A DNA stretch of 46,129 nt. Source: an uncultured bacterium. GTDB taxonomy: Bacteria > Fidelibacterota > Marinisomatia > Marinisomatales > Marinisomataceae. Position 1 is the stretch's first letter. Each line of letters opens with the position of its first letter. Shown piece by piece: positions 1-7,967 of the stretch. The notes below the pieces were generated by a model. The model had not been told where the DNA came from. It did not search any database and saw nothing but the letters and a program-made list of their open reading frames with translations. Location of the stretch: positions 1 to 46,129 of the forward strand of contig CBFHKL010000002.1 in assembly GCA_965656415.1 (NCBI GenBank), given 5' to 3'. The translations under genes and the position numbers were made by a program.

Positions 1-248
1 TATTTTAAATGATGAGGGCCCCAGTTTAAACTTCCAGCAACCCCAACAATAAGAGGATATTTTTTCTCAGCATCAAAATCTGCTGGAAATCCTAAAATCC
101 CAGATACAGTTTGTTTTTCTTGACTGTCAAGATCGGTAACTATCTCTTCAAAGGAAAATGGATTTGCACTTTCAAATACAATAGTTTCATTTTTTGATTC
201 CTGTGCCATTAAAAGTGAACATGTAAGTATCATTAATAATTTTTTCAT
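1..248 (-). CDS. Secreted alpha/beta hydrolase, dienelactone-hydrolase-like (N-terminal part only; gene runs off the window start)
   Basis: Absent from the ORF track because the frame is open to position 1. Hand translation from the ATG at 248-246 gives MKKLLMILTCSLLMAQESKNETIVFESANPFSFEEIVTDLDSQEKQTVSGILGFPADFDAEKKYPLIVGVAGSLNWGPHHLK. This is a signal peptide followed by a pattern typical of DLH-type hydrolase N-termini. Its ATG overlaps the ogt TGA stop (ATGA). Confidence 0.5.
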   Translation of the reverse strand, partial: MKKLLMILTCSLLMAQESKNETIVFESANPFSFEEIVTDLDSQEKQTVSGILGFPADFDAEKKYPLIVGVAGSLNWGPHHLK

Positions 249-739
249 TTCTTCTCCAACAATTGTAAATATGATTTAAATAACAATCCGCCTCCACCGC
301 TATATCCAACAAGCTCACCATTACTTCCAACAATTCGATGGCAAGGAATGATAATGGGTATTTTATTTGAACCACTTACCCTTCCAACTGCTCTTGCAGA
401 TTTTGGTTCTTTGATTTTTTCAGCTATTTGTTTATAGCTTTTTGTTTTTCCATAAGGAATTTTGGACATTTCTTTAAAAACTTTTAATGAAAACTCTGAA
501 CCTTCAATGTGAACTGGAATATCAAATTTTTTTAGCTTTCTAGCAAAATAAGCATTTAATTGATTTTGGACCTCTTTAGCAAATTTTGAAGAACTATTTT
601 TATTGATTTTTAAAGATAATTGCCTTTCCATTAAATCATTTTTATCATCGGAAAATGATAAATCAAAAAGCTTATTATCATTATATAAAATTCGAAAATA
701 AAAATGGAGATTATTTACTTGGAATATTTTTTGATTCAT
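245..739 (-). CDS. ogt: Methylated-DNA--protein-cysteine S-methyltransferase
   Basis: The C-terminal active-site block IPIIIPCHRIVGSNGELVGYSGG carries the PCHR motif, preceded by the helix-turn-helix block SYKQIAEKIKEPKSARAVG. I prefer the ATG at 739-737 (MNQKIF...), which forms an ATGA overlap with the upstream stop. The track's TTG start at 745 is the alternative. Confidence 0.9.
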   Translation of the reverse strand: MNQKIFQVNNLHFYFRILYNDNKLFDLSFSDDKNDLMERQLSLKINKNSSSKFAKEVQNQLNAYFARKLKKFDIPVHIEGSEFSLKVFKEMSKIPYGKTKSYKQIAEKIKEPKSARAVGRVSGSNKIPIIIPCHRIVGSNGELVGYSGGGGLLFKSYLQLLEKK

Positions 740-1065
740 GACCAAAAATTAATATCATCATGGATTTGAACTGTTTGAACTCTCATTTTTTTGTACCACT
801 GTTTTCCATGCTTCTTTGCTTCGATGTGTAAAAAATTTTTCCTCCAAATATCTATGCTTTCTAAATCTTTCCAATATGATATGAATGTGTTCTCATTCCC
901 GTCACCAAATTTATCATAACCTAAATACCCAGGAATATCTACTACTGCATCAATGGTTTTTTGATCCATATCAGCATACCCTTCTAAGTCATTGCTTAAT
1001 TGATATGAGAATATTACAGCATAACAACCTTTAACATCTTTAGGGATTTTATGTGAATCTTTCAT
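736..1065 (-). CDS. Antibiotic-biosynthesis-monooxygenase (ABM/Dabb fold) domain protein
   Basis: 109 aa. The pattern AVIFSYQL...YADMDQKT...IPGYLGY...FISYWKDLESIDIWRKN..H.EAKKHG..WY is typical of small ABM-domain proteins. Confidence 0.65.
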   Translation of the reverse strand: MKDSHKIPKDVKGCYAVIFSYQLSNDLEGYADMDQKTIDAVVDIPGYLGYDKFGDGNENTFISYWKDLESIDIWRKNFLHIEAKKHGKQWYKKMRVQTVQIHDDINFWS

Positions 1066-1078
1066 AAACCGTTAATAG

Positions 1079-1390
1079 TTAAAGCTTGACTGCAGTACCA
1101 TAAATGAAAATTTCAGACGCTCCTGCTTGAAGCATAGATGTGGTGAATCTCACGCCAACAATTGCATCAGCATTCAATTCTTCAGCTCGATGAATCATCC
1201 TATCCATTGCTTGCTGTCTAGACTCTGCCATCAATTTCGAATATTCAGTAATTTCACCACCAACAACATTTCTTAAACCAGCAAGAATGTCTTTACCTAA
1301 GTGCCTAGCTCTAATTGATTGCCCGCTAACAACTCCAAGAACTTGGGAGATAGATTTATTTTCAATTTTATCTTGAGTAGTTACTATCAT
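1079..1390 (-). CDS. YbjQ/UPF0145 family protein
   Basis: 103 aa. The blocks VLGVVSGQSIRARHLGKDILAGLRNVVGGEI..Y..L..ESRQQA..RM...A.ELNADAIVGVRF match the conserved YbjQ family over the full length. Confidence 0.85.
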   Translation of the reverse strand: MIVTTQDKIENKSISQVLGVVSGQSIRARHLGKDILAGLRNVVGGEITEYSKLMAESRQQAMDRMIHRAEELNADAIVGVRFTTSMLQAGASEIFIYGTAVKL

Positions 1391-1602
1391 TATTTATCAA
1401 TCTCCTTTGAGTAGTAATCATCTTCTTTATTGTTTATTCGCTCATTAAGCACTTTTACAAAAAGCATCAATAATCCACTTGCAAATAATATTATTAAAAG
1501 ACCATCTGGGTAAAAAACTTCTACTTCAGAAAGAGAGAAGTTTATTGCAAGCGCATAAAATACAATTAACAAGAAATAACCAAATTTTTCCATACCAAAC
1601 AA
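1390..1602 (-). CDS. Small 2-TM membrane protein, function unknown
   Basis: 70-aa ORF with two hydrophobic spans. Its TAA stop shares one nucleotide with the YbjQ-family gene's ATG (TAATG), which supports real translation. I recognise no family. Confidence 0.4.
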   Translation of the reverse strand: MFGMEKFGYFLLIVFYALAINFSLSEVEVFYPDGLLIILFASGLLMLFVKVLNERINNKEDDYYSKEIDK

Positions 1603-1603
1603 T

Positions 1604-1632
1604 TTAAGTAGTTTATTTAAAAAAACTATAAT
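1604..1632 (+). promoter_or_regulatory. Candidate sigma-70-type promoter for the thioredoxin/IDO-like gene pair
   Basis: Perfect TATAAT at 1627-1632, with a weak -35 (TTAAGT, 1604-1609) at 17-nt spacing, in the 43-nt divergent gap. Only 13 nt separate the -10 from the ATG at 1646. Motif-only call in AT-rich DNA. Confidence 0.3.
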
Positions 1633-1645
1633 ATTATCAGTTAAA

Positions 1646-2284
1646 ATGGACTCAAAAAAACTATACTCCGTAATAGTAATTTTAATAATTATTTTGTCTT
1701 TTCTATCTTATAAGTATAGTGATGTAAATAAAGATTTAAATAAATATAAAGAGCGCTATAAAGAACTATCAATTTTGTATTTAAATGAAGTGATTGAAGC
1801 CCCAAAACTTGAACCACCTTCACCAGAAGATATGAAAATATCAACCATCGATTTTGAAAGCAATGTGCTACAATTCTCAGACCTTGATAATAATATTTTT
1901 TCTATTCAAGATTTTAAAGGTAAAAATCTTTTTATCAATTATTGGGCAACCTGGTGTAATCCTTGTTTAGCTGAAATGCCTTATATGGCTGAGCTATATG
2001 AAAAATATAAAAATGAAGATGATATTGTATTTTTATATCTTTCAAGAGAGGAATTGAATACAATCAAAAATTATATACCAAAAGATGAAAGTCTTCAAAA
2101 TCTACCAATATACAAGATAATTACGGATGACGAATTCTTTGCAACTTCAGGTATTCCTACAACATTTATTATTAATTCAAATGGTGAAGTAGTTGTTAAA
2201 GATCTTGGCAGTGCTCTTTGGAATGATCAATCTGTTTTCAAATTTATTGATCAATTGATTGAAGAAAATGAAGTCAGATATTAA
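1646..2284 (+). CDS. Membrane-anchored TlpA/ResA-like thiol:disulfide oxidoreductase (thioredoxin fold)
   Basis: N-terminal TM anchor (LYSVIVILIIILSFL), then a redoxin domain with the CxxC motif in NYWATWCNPCLAEMPYM and the downstream block GIPTTFIINSNGEVV. Confidence 0.85.
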   Translation: MDSKKLYSVIVILIIILSFLSYKYSDVNKDLNKYKERYKELSILYLNEVIEAPKLEPPSPEDMKISTIDFESNVLQFSDLDNNIFSIQDFKGKNLFINYWATWCNPCLAEMPYMAELYEKYKNEDDIVFLYLSREELNTIKNYIPKDESLQNLPIYKIITDDEFFATSGIPTTFIINSNGEVVVKDLGSALWNDQSVFKFIDQLIEENEVRY

Positions 2285-3860
2285 AATATCAACTGAAAAT
2301 CATTTTCCTTATTTTGGAAATGGAATTCAATTTCGTGAGCATTTATTTGGACTAGAATTTGATGCTAATTTAATTCAAAAAACTTCTGAATTAATATGGA
2401 CGCCAAATTCAACTTTACCATATTCTACTCTAAAAAAACTTCCAGCTCCTTTTGATATTTTATCAGATATTGCAGTTGAAATGACTGTCCACAATCATTC
2501 AAAAACAGGTTTAATCGGACAAAATGCTCTTCTTGATGAAGTAAAATTAATTGATAACGGTTTGATGGATGAATTTATTTTAGAAGTACAAAATCATATT
2601 GCTAATCCAACCAGAGAATCTGCAGAATTGATTGCAAATGTAAGGTGTTGGTCTTCATGGTTAGCGAATGGTATTAAAATTGAACCAATTTTTAATGGAG
2701 GAAAAAAGGCGTGTTCATTTATCCCATGGCCACTTTCAGGACTGCTTTTATTATCTTCTAGAATTTCAGGGCAACAACCTGAATTTGAATATGCTGCTGA
2801 TTATGTACTGCGATCTGGGATACTTCCTGATCAAGAGTTAGATCATTATGATGATTTAGATAAAAATATTGATTACATAAGATCGATTAAACCCTTAGTT
2901 GCATTTCACGATTTTGATAAAAATGAGCAAGGATTTAGAATGACTCATCTTGCAATGGAAAGAACATCTAATTTGATGATAGAAAACGCAATGTTAGCTC
3001 TTGAAGGTAAGGATATTAAAGAAAATCTTGAAAAAATTGAACTAGCTACGAAACAATCAAACCAATTATTCAACGCTATGTGGAAAGTAAGTGAGCCGTC
3101 ATTATACAACAAAGAAGTTAGAATATTCATTCAAGGTTTATTTGGAAATCAAGGCAGTATGTACCCAGAGAAGGGTTTATTTTTTGAAAACTGCGGAGAA
3201 GATTTTGATGAGGAATATAATTCCAAAGGATTTTATCTATCAAACTTGCATGGTCAAACTGGGGCAAATAGCTCCTATCATCCTATCGCTGATGAAATTA
3301 CAGGTGTTGGAGATCATACTCATGCATATATAGCAGATAATATTGTTGACAAAGCAATGATTAAAGGGGTATTGGAAAAAGGATATGTTAGCTCGAAGGA
3401 TTTACCAAAAAATATTGAGGTAGACTCATTAACAAAGCTTTTAAAATCATTTAGAGTTGGTTATAGACCTCCAGCACATCATGCTATGATTGTAAAAACT
3501 AGAAATTCAATCCAAAACTCTGATTACTTTTCAAAAATTGAATCAGATAATGAAAATAAGAAGATTTTAGCTAGCGCTGTTCGTTGGATAATTCAACATA
3601 GAATAGATCACTACAAAATGGTTGTTTTCTACATACTTAAAGCTCCAGACCCATATAAAAATCAAACTAAAGCCAAAGGTACTGGAGGATCGCCTACGCC
3701 TACTTTTCTCCCTAAAATGTTTACACACAGTATCGAAAGATTAAAAAATTTAGTTGGAGATGAAAATTTATCTTGGTCGAAAGATCTAATAAATATTACA
3801 TCAAATCATGAGACTGCAATGCAGAAATTTCAAAAAATTGCAATGAAATCAGAAAATTAA
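2259..3860 (+). CDS. Indoleamine-2,3-dioxygenase (IDO) family haem protein
   Basis: Blocks align in order with my memory of human IDO1:
- VRIFIQGLFGN against LRIYLSGWKGN.
- GQTGANSS against GGSAGQSS.
- YRPPAHHAMI against YMPPAHRNFL.
- HRIDHYKMVVFYIL against LRSYHLQIVTKYIL, which places the proximal His at codon 3609-3611.
- KAKGTGGSPTPTFL against EAKGTGGTDLMNFL.
The start could be 2259 or 2268. Either one overlaps the preceding gene. Confidence 0.8.
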   Translation: MKKMKSDIKISTENHFPYFGNGIQFREHLFGLEFDANLIQKTSELIWTPNSTLPYSTLKKLPAPFDILSDIAVEMTVHNHSKTGLIGQNALLDEVKLIDNGLMDEFILEVQNHIANPTRESAELIANVRCWSSWLANGIKIEPIFNGGKKACSFIPWPLSGLLLLSSRISGQQPEFEYAADYVLRSGILPDQELDHYDDLDKNIDYIRSIKPLVAFHDFDKNEQGFRMTHLAMERTSNLMIENAMLALEGKDIKENLEKIELATKQSNQLFNAMWKVSEPSLYNKEVRIFIQGLFGNQGSMYPEKGLFFENCGEDFDEEYNSKGFYLSNLHGQTGANSSYHPIADEITGVGDHTHAYIADNIVDKAMIKGVLEKGYVSSKDLPKNIEVDSLTKLLKSFRVGYRPPAHHAMIVKTRNSIQNSDYFSKIESDNENKKILASAVRWIIQHRIDHYKMVVFYILKAPDPYKNQTKAKGTGGSPTPTFLPKMFTHSIERLKNLVGDENLSWSKDLINITSNHETAMQKFQKIAMKSEN

Positions 3861-6094
3861 AAATTATCTGGAACTAAATGTTCCATAAAGAAATCGGTCA
3901 TTTTTTTATACAAATGATATATATTTTTCCAACCATCAGCAGGGTTATCTTCACTTAAAAAGTTATTATTATACATTCCATGATTTGCATTGGAGTAAAT
4001 AAACATTTCCATATCTTTTCCATGCTCTGCATAAGCTTTAGCGAGCTTTATTGAATGTTGGTGGTGTACGTTATCATCAGCGTTACCATGTATTTGCAAT
4101 AAATGCCCTTTCGCTTTATCAACATGAGTAAGCACAGAAGCATTTTTATAACCTTCAGGATTTTCCTCAATCAATCCCATATATCTTTCGGTCCATATGG
4201 TATCATAGAGTAATGGTTCTACGTTTGGAGCAATAGAAATACCAGCTTTATAATAATCGCTAGCCAAAGTCATGCACATGTTAGTTAGATAACCTCCACC
4301 ACTCCATCCCCAAATTCCAATATTTTCAGCATCTACATATGTTAATCCTTGAAGATATTTTGCTGCAGCAATATGATCCTTAACAAGATATTTTCCATAA
4401 TCACCATATGCTAAATCTTTGAATGCTTTTCCTCTCCCACCAGTACCTCTATTATCAAAAGAGAAAATTATAAAATCTCTATTGGCAAAAAATTGATGAA
4501 AAATATGTCTTCCAGAATTCCATCTATTGATAACTATCTGCGAACCAGGACCGCCATAATTATATAGGATAACAGGGTATTGTTTCATTGGATCAAAATT
4601 ATGTGGATATGTAATTAAAGCATTAAGCCTAGTACCGTCATCTGTAAAAATATTAATTAATTGAGGATAAGTCAGATTATAAGCATCAAATTTAGATTTA
4701 TCTGTTTCTTTAAGAGTTCTAACAATCTTTCCATTATCTTCTCTTATTAGAGTTTTTGGAGGAACTGTAAAACTAGAATAAGAATTAATGAAATAGTTTA
4801 ATGTTGGAGAAAAAGATGATGAATGAGAACCTTTTTCTTTGGTAAGTCTTTTAAGCCTAGAACCATTGAATTTAATTGAATAAAGATGATTTTCTGTTTC
4901 AGTCTCTTTCTTGGCTGAAAAATAAATAATTTCATTTTTATCATCAATTGCACTTATGTTATTTACCTCCCAATCTCCTCTTGTAACTTGATTTATAGGT
5001 CTTCCATCAGGCCTATTTCTATAAATATGACTAAATCCATCTTTTTCAGAAAGCCAGATGATTTCTCCATCATCCATAATTGCATAGCTAAAACCTTCTT
5101 TAGTAATCCATGTACCAATTTCACCAGGAACAATAAACGGGTCCCTTTCAATCCAAGAATCATTTGAGTCGTTTAGAATTAGGTCAGCCCCATTAGTATA
5201 AAAATCATATTTATATAAATTCCAATCATTTTGCTTTCTATTTAAAGTAGCAAAATAAAGATTAGATGAATTTGTTTGCCATATGATATCGGGAATATAA
5301 TATGCTGTATCTGGCAAGTTGACTGATCTATATTCTTTATTTTTTAAATCTAATATACTAATTGAGACAATAGGGTTATCTTCACCAGTTTTTGGATACC
5401 TGATGTACTTAACAACTGGATATTGTGCTTCATAATCAACCAATGCATACTCTTTAACATGTGTCTGGTCTTCTCTTATAAACGCAATATATTCACTATT
5501 AGGACTCCACTTATATGAATCATAAGTACCAAATTCTTCCTCATAAACCCACCCAAAATGTCCGTTAAGAATATCTTCGCTCCCATCAAAAGTAAGCTGT
5601 TCTTCAAACTCATTAGTTAAATCAAAAAGGTATAAATTGTTATCATTTCGAACGAATGCAAGTTTGTTTGAATCTGGAGAAAATTTTACATTCCTTAGGC
5701 TATCAGGATCGCTAGTGACAGGTGTTAAAGATTCAGATGAAATATCGTACACATAATATGAACCATAAGACGAATGTCTCCATAGTTTTACTGAATTCTT
5801 TTTCAAAAGTAGTTTTGTTTGATCTGGACTAAATGAATACGAAAAATTGCTAATAATACTATTTTTAACTGTAAAGGCTTCTAAGGTATCATTTGAAGCA
5901 AGATTATATTGATAAAATTCTAAACCTTCATCACTTCTTTCCGCAAAATAATATGAATCAGAACTATTCTTCCAATCATATCTTCCAATTGATTCGGTTC
6001 TAAATGTTCCATCAAGCACGCTCTCTAAAGATATTTTACCTTGAGCAAAAAGCGCACCAAACATTAATGCAATAGTTAAGTATTTATATCTCAT
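3857..6094 (-). CDS. Dipeptidyl-peptidase IV family serine peptidase (S9B), secreted
   Basis: 745 aa with a signal peptide. The architecture is an N-terminal beta-propeller followed by a C-terminal alpha/beta hydrolase. The nucleophile elbow is GIWGWSGGGY, the acid is in HGNADDNVH and the His is in NANHGM. Confidence 0.9.
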   Translation of the reverse strand: MRYKYLTIALMFGALFAQGKISLESVLDGTFRTESIGRYDWKNSSDSYYFAERSDEGLEFYQYNLASNDTLEAFTVKNSIISNFSYSFSPDQTKLLLKKNSVKLWRHSSYGSYYVYDISSESLTPVTSDPDSLRNVKFSPDSNKLAFVRNDNNLYLFDLTNEFEEQLTFDGSEDILNGHFGWVYEEEFGTYDSYKWSPNSEYIAFIREDQTHVKEYALVDYEAQYPVVKYIRYPKTGEDNPIVSISILDLKNKEYRSVNLPDTAYYIPDIIWQTNSSNLYFATLNRKQNDWNLYKYDFYTNGADLILNDSNDSWIERDPFIVPGEIGTWITKEGFSYAIMDDGEIIWLSEKDGFSHIYRNRPDGRPINQVTRGDWEVNNISAIDDKNEIIYFSAKKETETENHLYSIKFNGSRLKRLTKEKGSHSSSFSPTLNYFINSYSSFTVPPKTLIREDNGKIVRTLKETDKSKFDAYNLTYPQLINIFTDDGTRLNALITYPHNFDPMKQYPVILYNYGGPGSQIVINRWNSGRHIFHQFFANRDFIIFSFDNRGTGGRGKAFKDLAYGDYGKYLVKDHIAAAKYLQGLTYVDAENIGIWGWSGGGYLTNMCMTLASDYYKAGISIAPNVEPLLYDTIWTERYMGLIEENPEGYKNASVLTHVDKAKGHLLQIHGNADDNVHHQHSIKLAKAYAEHGKDMEMFIYSNANHGMYNNNFLSEDNPADGWKNIYHLYKKMTDFFMEHLVPDNF

Positions 6095-6137
6095 ATTTTA
6101 TGAATATATAGATTTTTAATGAAAAAAATCTAATAGT

Positions 6138-7865
6138 TTATGGAATGAACCAACCCAAAGAATTATAGACTATTCCAACTGAAACAAATCCTTGGATAGC
6201 AAAAAGTACTCCAGTTAATACTAAGCCTAACACTGAACCCATAACGCCATTATTAGCAGCATATCCAAAAATGGTAGTAGGTTTATAGATAAGCTCTTTA
6301 TAATTAATAGATTCATCAACTTGTTGTAATAATGCTCTTGCGCTTGAAAGATCAGTAATTCTGTCTTCTCCTTTACCAGCAAGTTTTAGCTCCCAAATCT
6401 CTTCCTCAATAATAAATAGTTCATTTCTAATAAAATCTCTATGTTTTGCGCTAAGAGATTGAAGTTGAATAGCTTTTGAGATTGCAAATAAACAAATAAC
6501 TGAAACAGCTGTTATAACTGTCCCGATAACATATACTGTCGAAATATGATGCTTCATCCCTGTCCAAACTATAAGATTTAAGATTCCAACACATAACAAA
6601 GAATAAAAGATTAAAATAGATGTATAACCTTGAATTCGTAAATAATATGTTTCTCCAAAAGATCTTAAAACATTTCTCATGTTCATCCACGCAAAGACAT
6701 TGACTCTTTTCTGTAAATCAATAAAAATTTTATCGTCTTTTTCACTTTTATAAAAACTCTTAAAAACTGAAGAAAGCTTTAGACCAGGATAAGATACTAA
6801 TTCACCTAATTTTTTAGAAGTAGCATATCTTCTTTCATAATCAGCAGCACAAACCATTCCAAACATCATGAGTTGAAAACCATTAAAAAATCCAAAAAGA
6901 GTAGCCACTGAAATAATCTTTTCTTGAGGAGTAATTCCAAATAAATCCATTCCATAAAAATATTTAGATGAAAATGCTGCCACAGGTAATAAAAGCATAC
7001 ATAAGTAAGTTAATTGCTGCATATACTTCAGTGCAGGTAATCTATAAACTGAATTAATTATGTTATAAAGAATGAAGCCCGAAGGGAGTTCAGTTTCTTT
7101 TGTTGAGCTTGTCGATGATGGGAAAAGCTCATTATTAGACTCATTAATTAATTTATCTCTTGTTTCTTTGCCTGGTTCAAATGGAATTCCTTGCAAACAA
7201 ATATCATTTTCATCCATTGCAATAGTTAATTCGTCTTCAATTAATCCAGGGAATTCCCAAGGTCTCATCCAACCTTGCGCTATTAATCTTCTAACAGTTT
7301 TATTATCATCCCAGTCTGGAGCAGGTAAACACAAACGTTCTAAGTCCTCTGGTCTAAAATATCCATACTTAGTTGCAATGATTAATCTTCTAAAAAATAA
7401 AAGTAAGTAAGCCAAGATCATATGAAAAGGATCAATGTTAAGAATTAGTTCTTTATCAGAAAAAAGAGCTAAAAATAATCCAATATTCATTAACCAAGAT
7501 GCAGGATAAATTATTAACCAATTATTACGAATTGTTGTTAAAGAATGATGTTTTGTTGATATCGCAATTAACTGTCTATTTTGAGATACATGCCATGCGC
7601 GAGATAATGAACCTTCAAGAAATATTGCTGCTAAAGGAGAAAAAATAACTGGAGGTAAATTTTCATAAACAAAAGATTTCCAAAATGCTTTCCATGAAAA
7701 ACTTACCGGGGAATGGAATCTATCAACGGTCTTATCCTTGGATGCACTTCTTAATTTAGCTGCTTGATATGGAGAGTCTATTCCAGAAATAAATTTTTCA
7801 TCATCCTGATTTGAAGGCTTTCTTAAGCTCAAGAAAGATTGTATTTTTTTGATTGTTTTACTCAT
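6138..7865 (-). CDS. Large polytopic membrane protein (about 8 TM, two long soluble loops), function unknown
   Basis: 575-aa uninterrupted ORF with clear hydrophobic spans, for example NWLIIYPASWLMNIGLFLALF, IISVATLFGFFNGFQLMMFGMVCAA, GYTSILIFYSLLCVGILNLIVW and VMGSVLGLVLTGVLFAIQGFVSVGIV. I can name no family with confidence. Confidence 0.6.
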   Translation of the reverse strand: MSKTIKKIQSFLSLRKPSNQDDEKFISGIDSPYQAAKLRSASKDKTVDRFHSPVSFSWKAFWKSFVYENLPPVIFSPLAAIFLEGSLSRAWHVSQNRQLIAISTKHHSLTTIRNNWLIIYPASWLMNIGLFLALFSDKELILNIDPFHMILAYLLLFFRRLIIATKYGYFRPEDLERLCLPAPDWDDNKTVRRLIAQGWMRPWEFPGLIEDELTIAMDENDICLQGIPFEPGKETRDKLINESNNELFPSSTSSTKETELPSGFILYNIINSVYRLPALKYMQQLTYLCMLLLPVAAFSSKYFYGMDLFGITPQEKIISVATLFGFFNGFQLMMFGMVCAADYERRYATSKKLGELVSYPGLKLSSVFKSFYKSEKDDKIFIDLQKRVNVFAWMNMRNVLRSFGETYYLRIQGYTSILIFYSLLCVGILNLIVWTGMKHHISTVYVIGTVITAVSVICLFAISKAIQLQSLSAKHRDFIRNELFIIEEEIWELKLAGKGEDRITDLSSARALLQQVDESINYKELIYKPTTIFGYAANNGVMGSVLGLVLTGVLFAIQGFVSVGIVYNSLGWFIP

Positions 7866-7930
7866 AATTTTTTAAAAGCAATTCAATTTAAAGCATTTTT
7901 TAAAATTCTATTATCAATTTTTTAATAGGT

Positions 7931-7957
7931 TTGCATAAACATTGATGCTGTTATAAA
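7931..7957 (+). promoter_or_regulatory. Candidate extended -10 promoter for ppiD
   Basis: TGtTATAAA at 7949-7957 is an extended -10. TTGCAT lies at 7931-7936 with a short 15-nt spacer. The ATG at 7968 is only 10 nt beyond the -10. Motif-only call. Confidence 0.3.
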
Positions 7958-7967
7958 TTCGCTGTTT

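Noticed and set aside
187-375. 62-aa minus-strand ORF spanning the ogt 3' end and the start of the hydrolase gene.
   Set aside because: It is out of frame with two better-supported genes that meet here in an ATGA overlap, and it has no recognisable family.
2945-3333. Track ORFs 2945-3130 (minus) and 3091-3333 (plus, other frame) within the IDO-like gene.
   Set aside because: IDO-family motifs run continuously in the long frame on both sides of them. They are shadow ORFs.
6110-6131. 8-bp inverted repeat AGATTTTT-N6-AAAAATCT in the 43-nt gap between the orphan membrane gene and the DPP-IV gene. I considered an intrinsic terminator.
   Set aside because: The stem is almost pure A-T with a single G-C pair, and no proper T-tract follows it on the transcribed (minus) strand. 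Such palindromes are expected by chance in DNA of this composition.
6451-7410. ORFs of 79 aa (minus strand, other frame) and 112 aa (plus strand) inside the 575-aa membrane protein gene.
   Set aside because: Both are nested in a much longer uninterrupted ORF with coherent TM topology. They are most likely frame-shadow ORFs.
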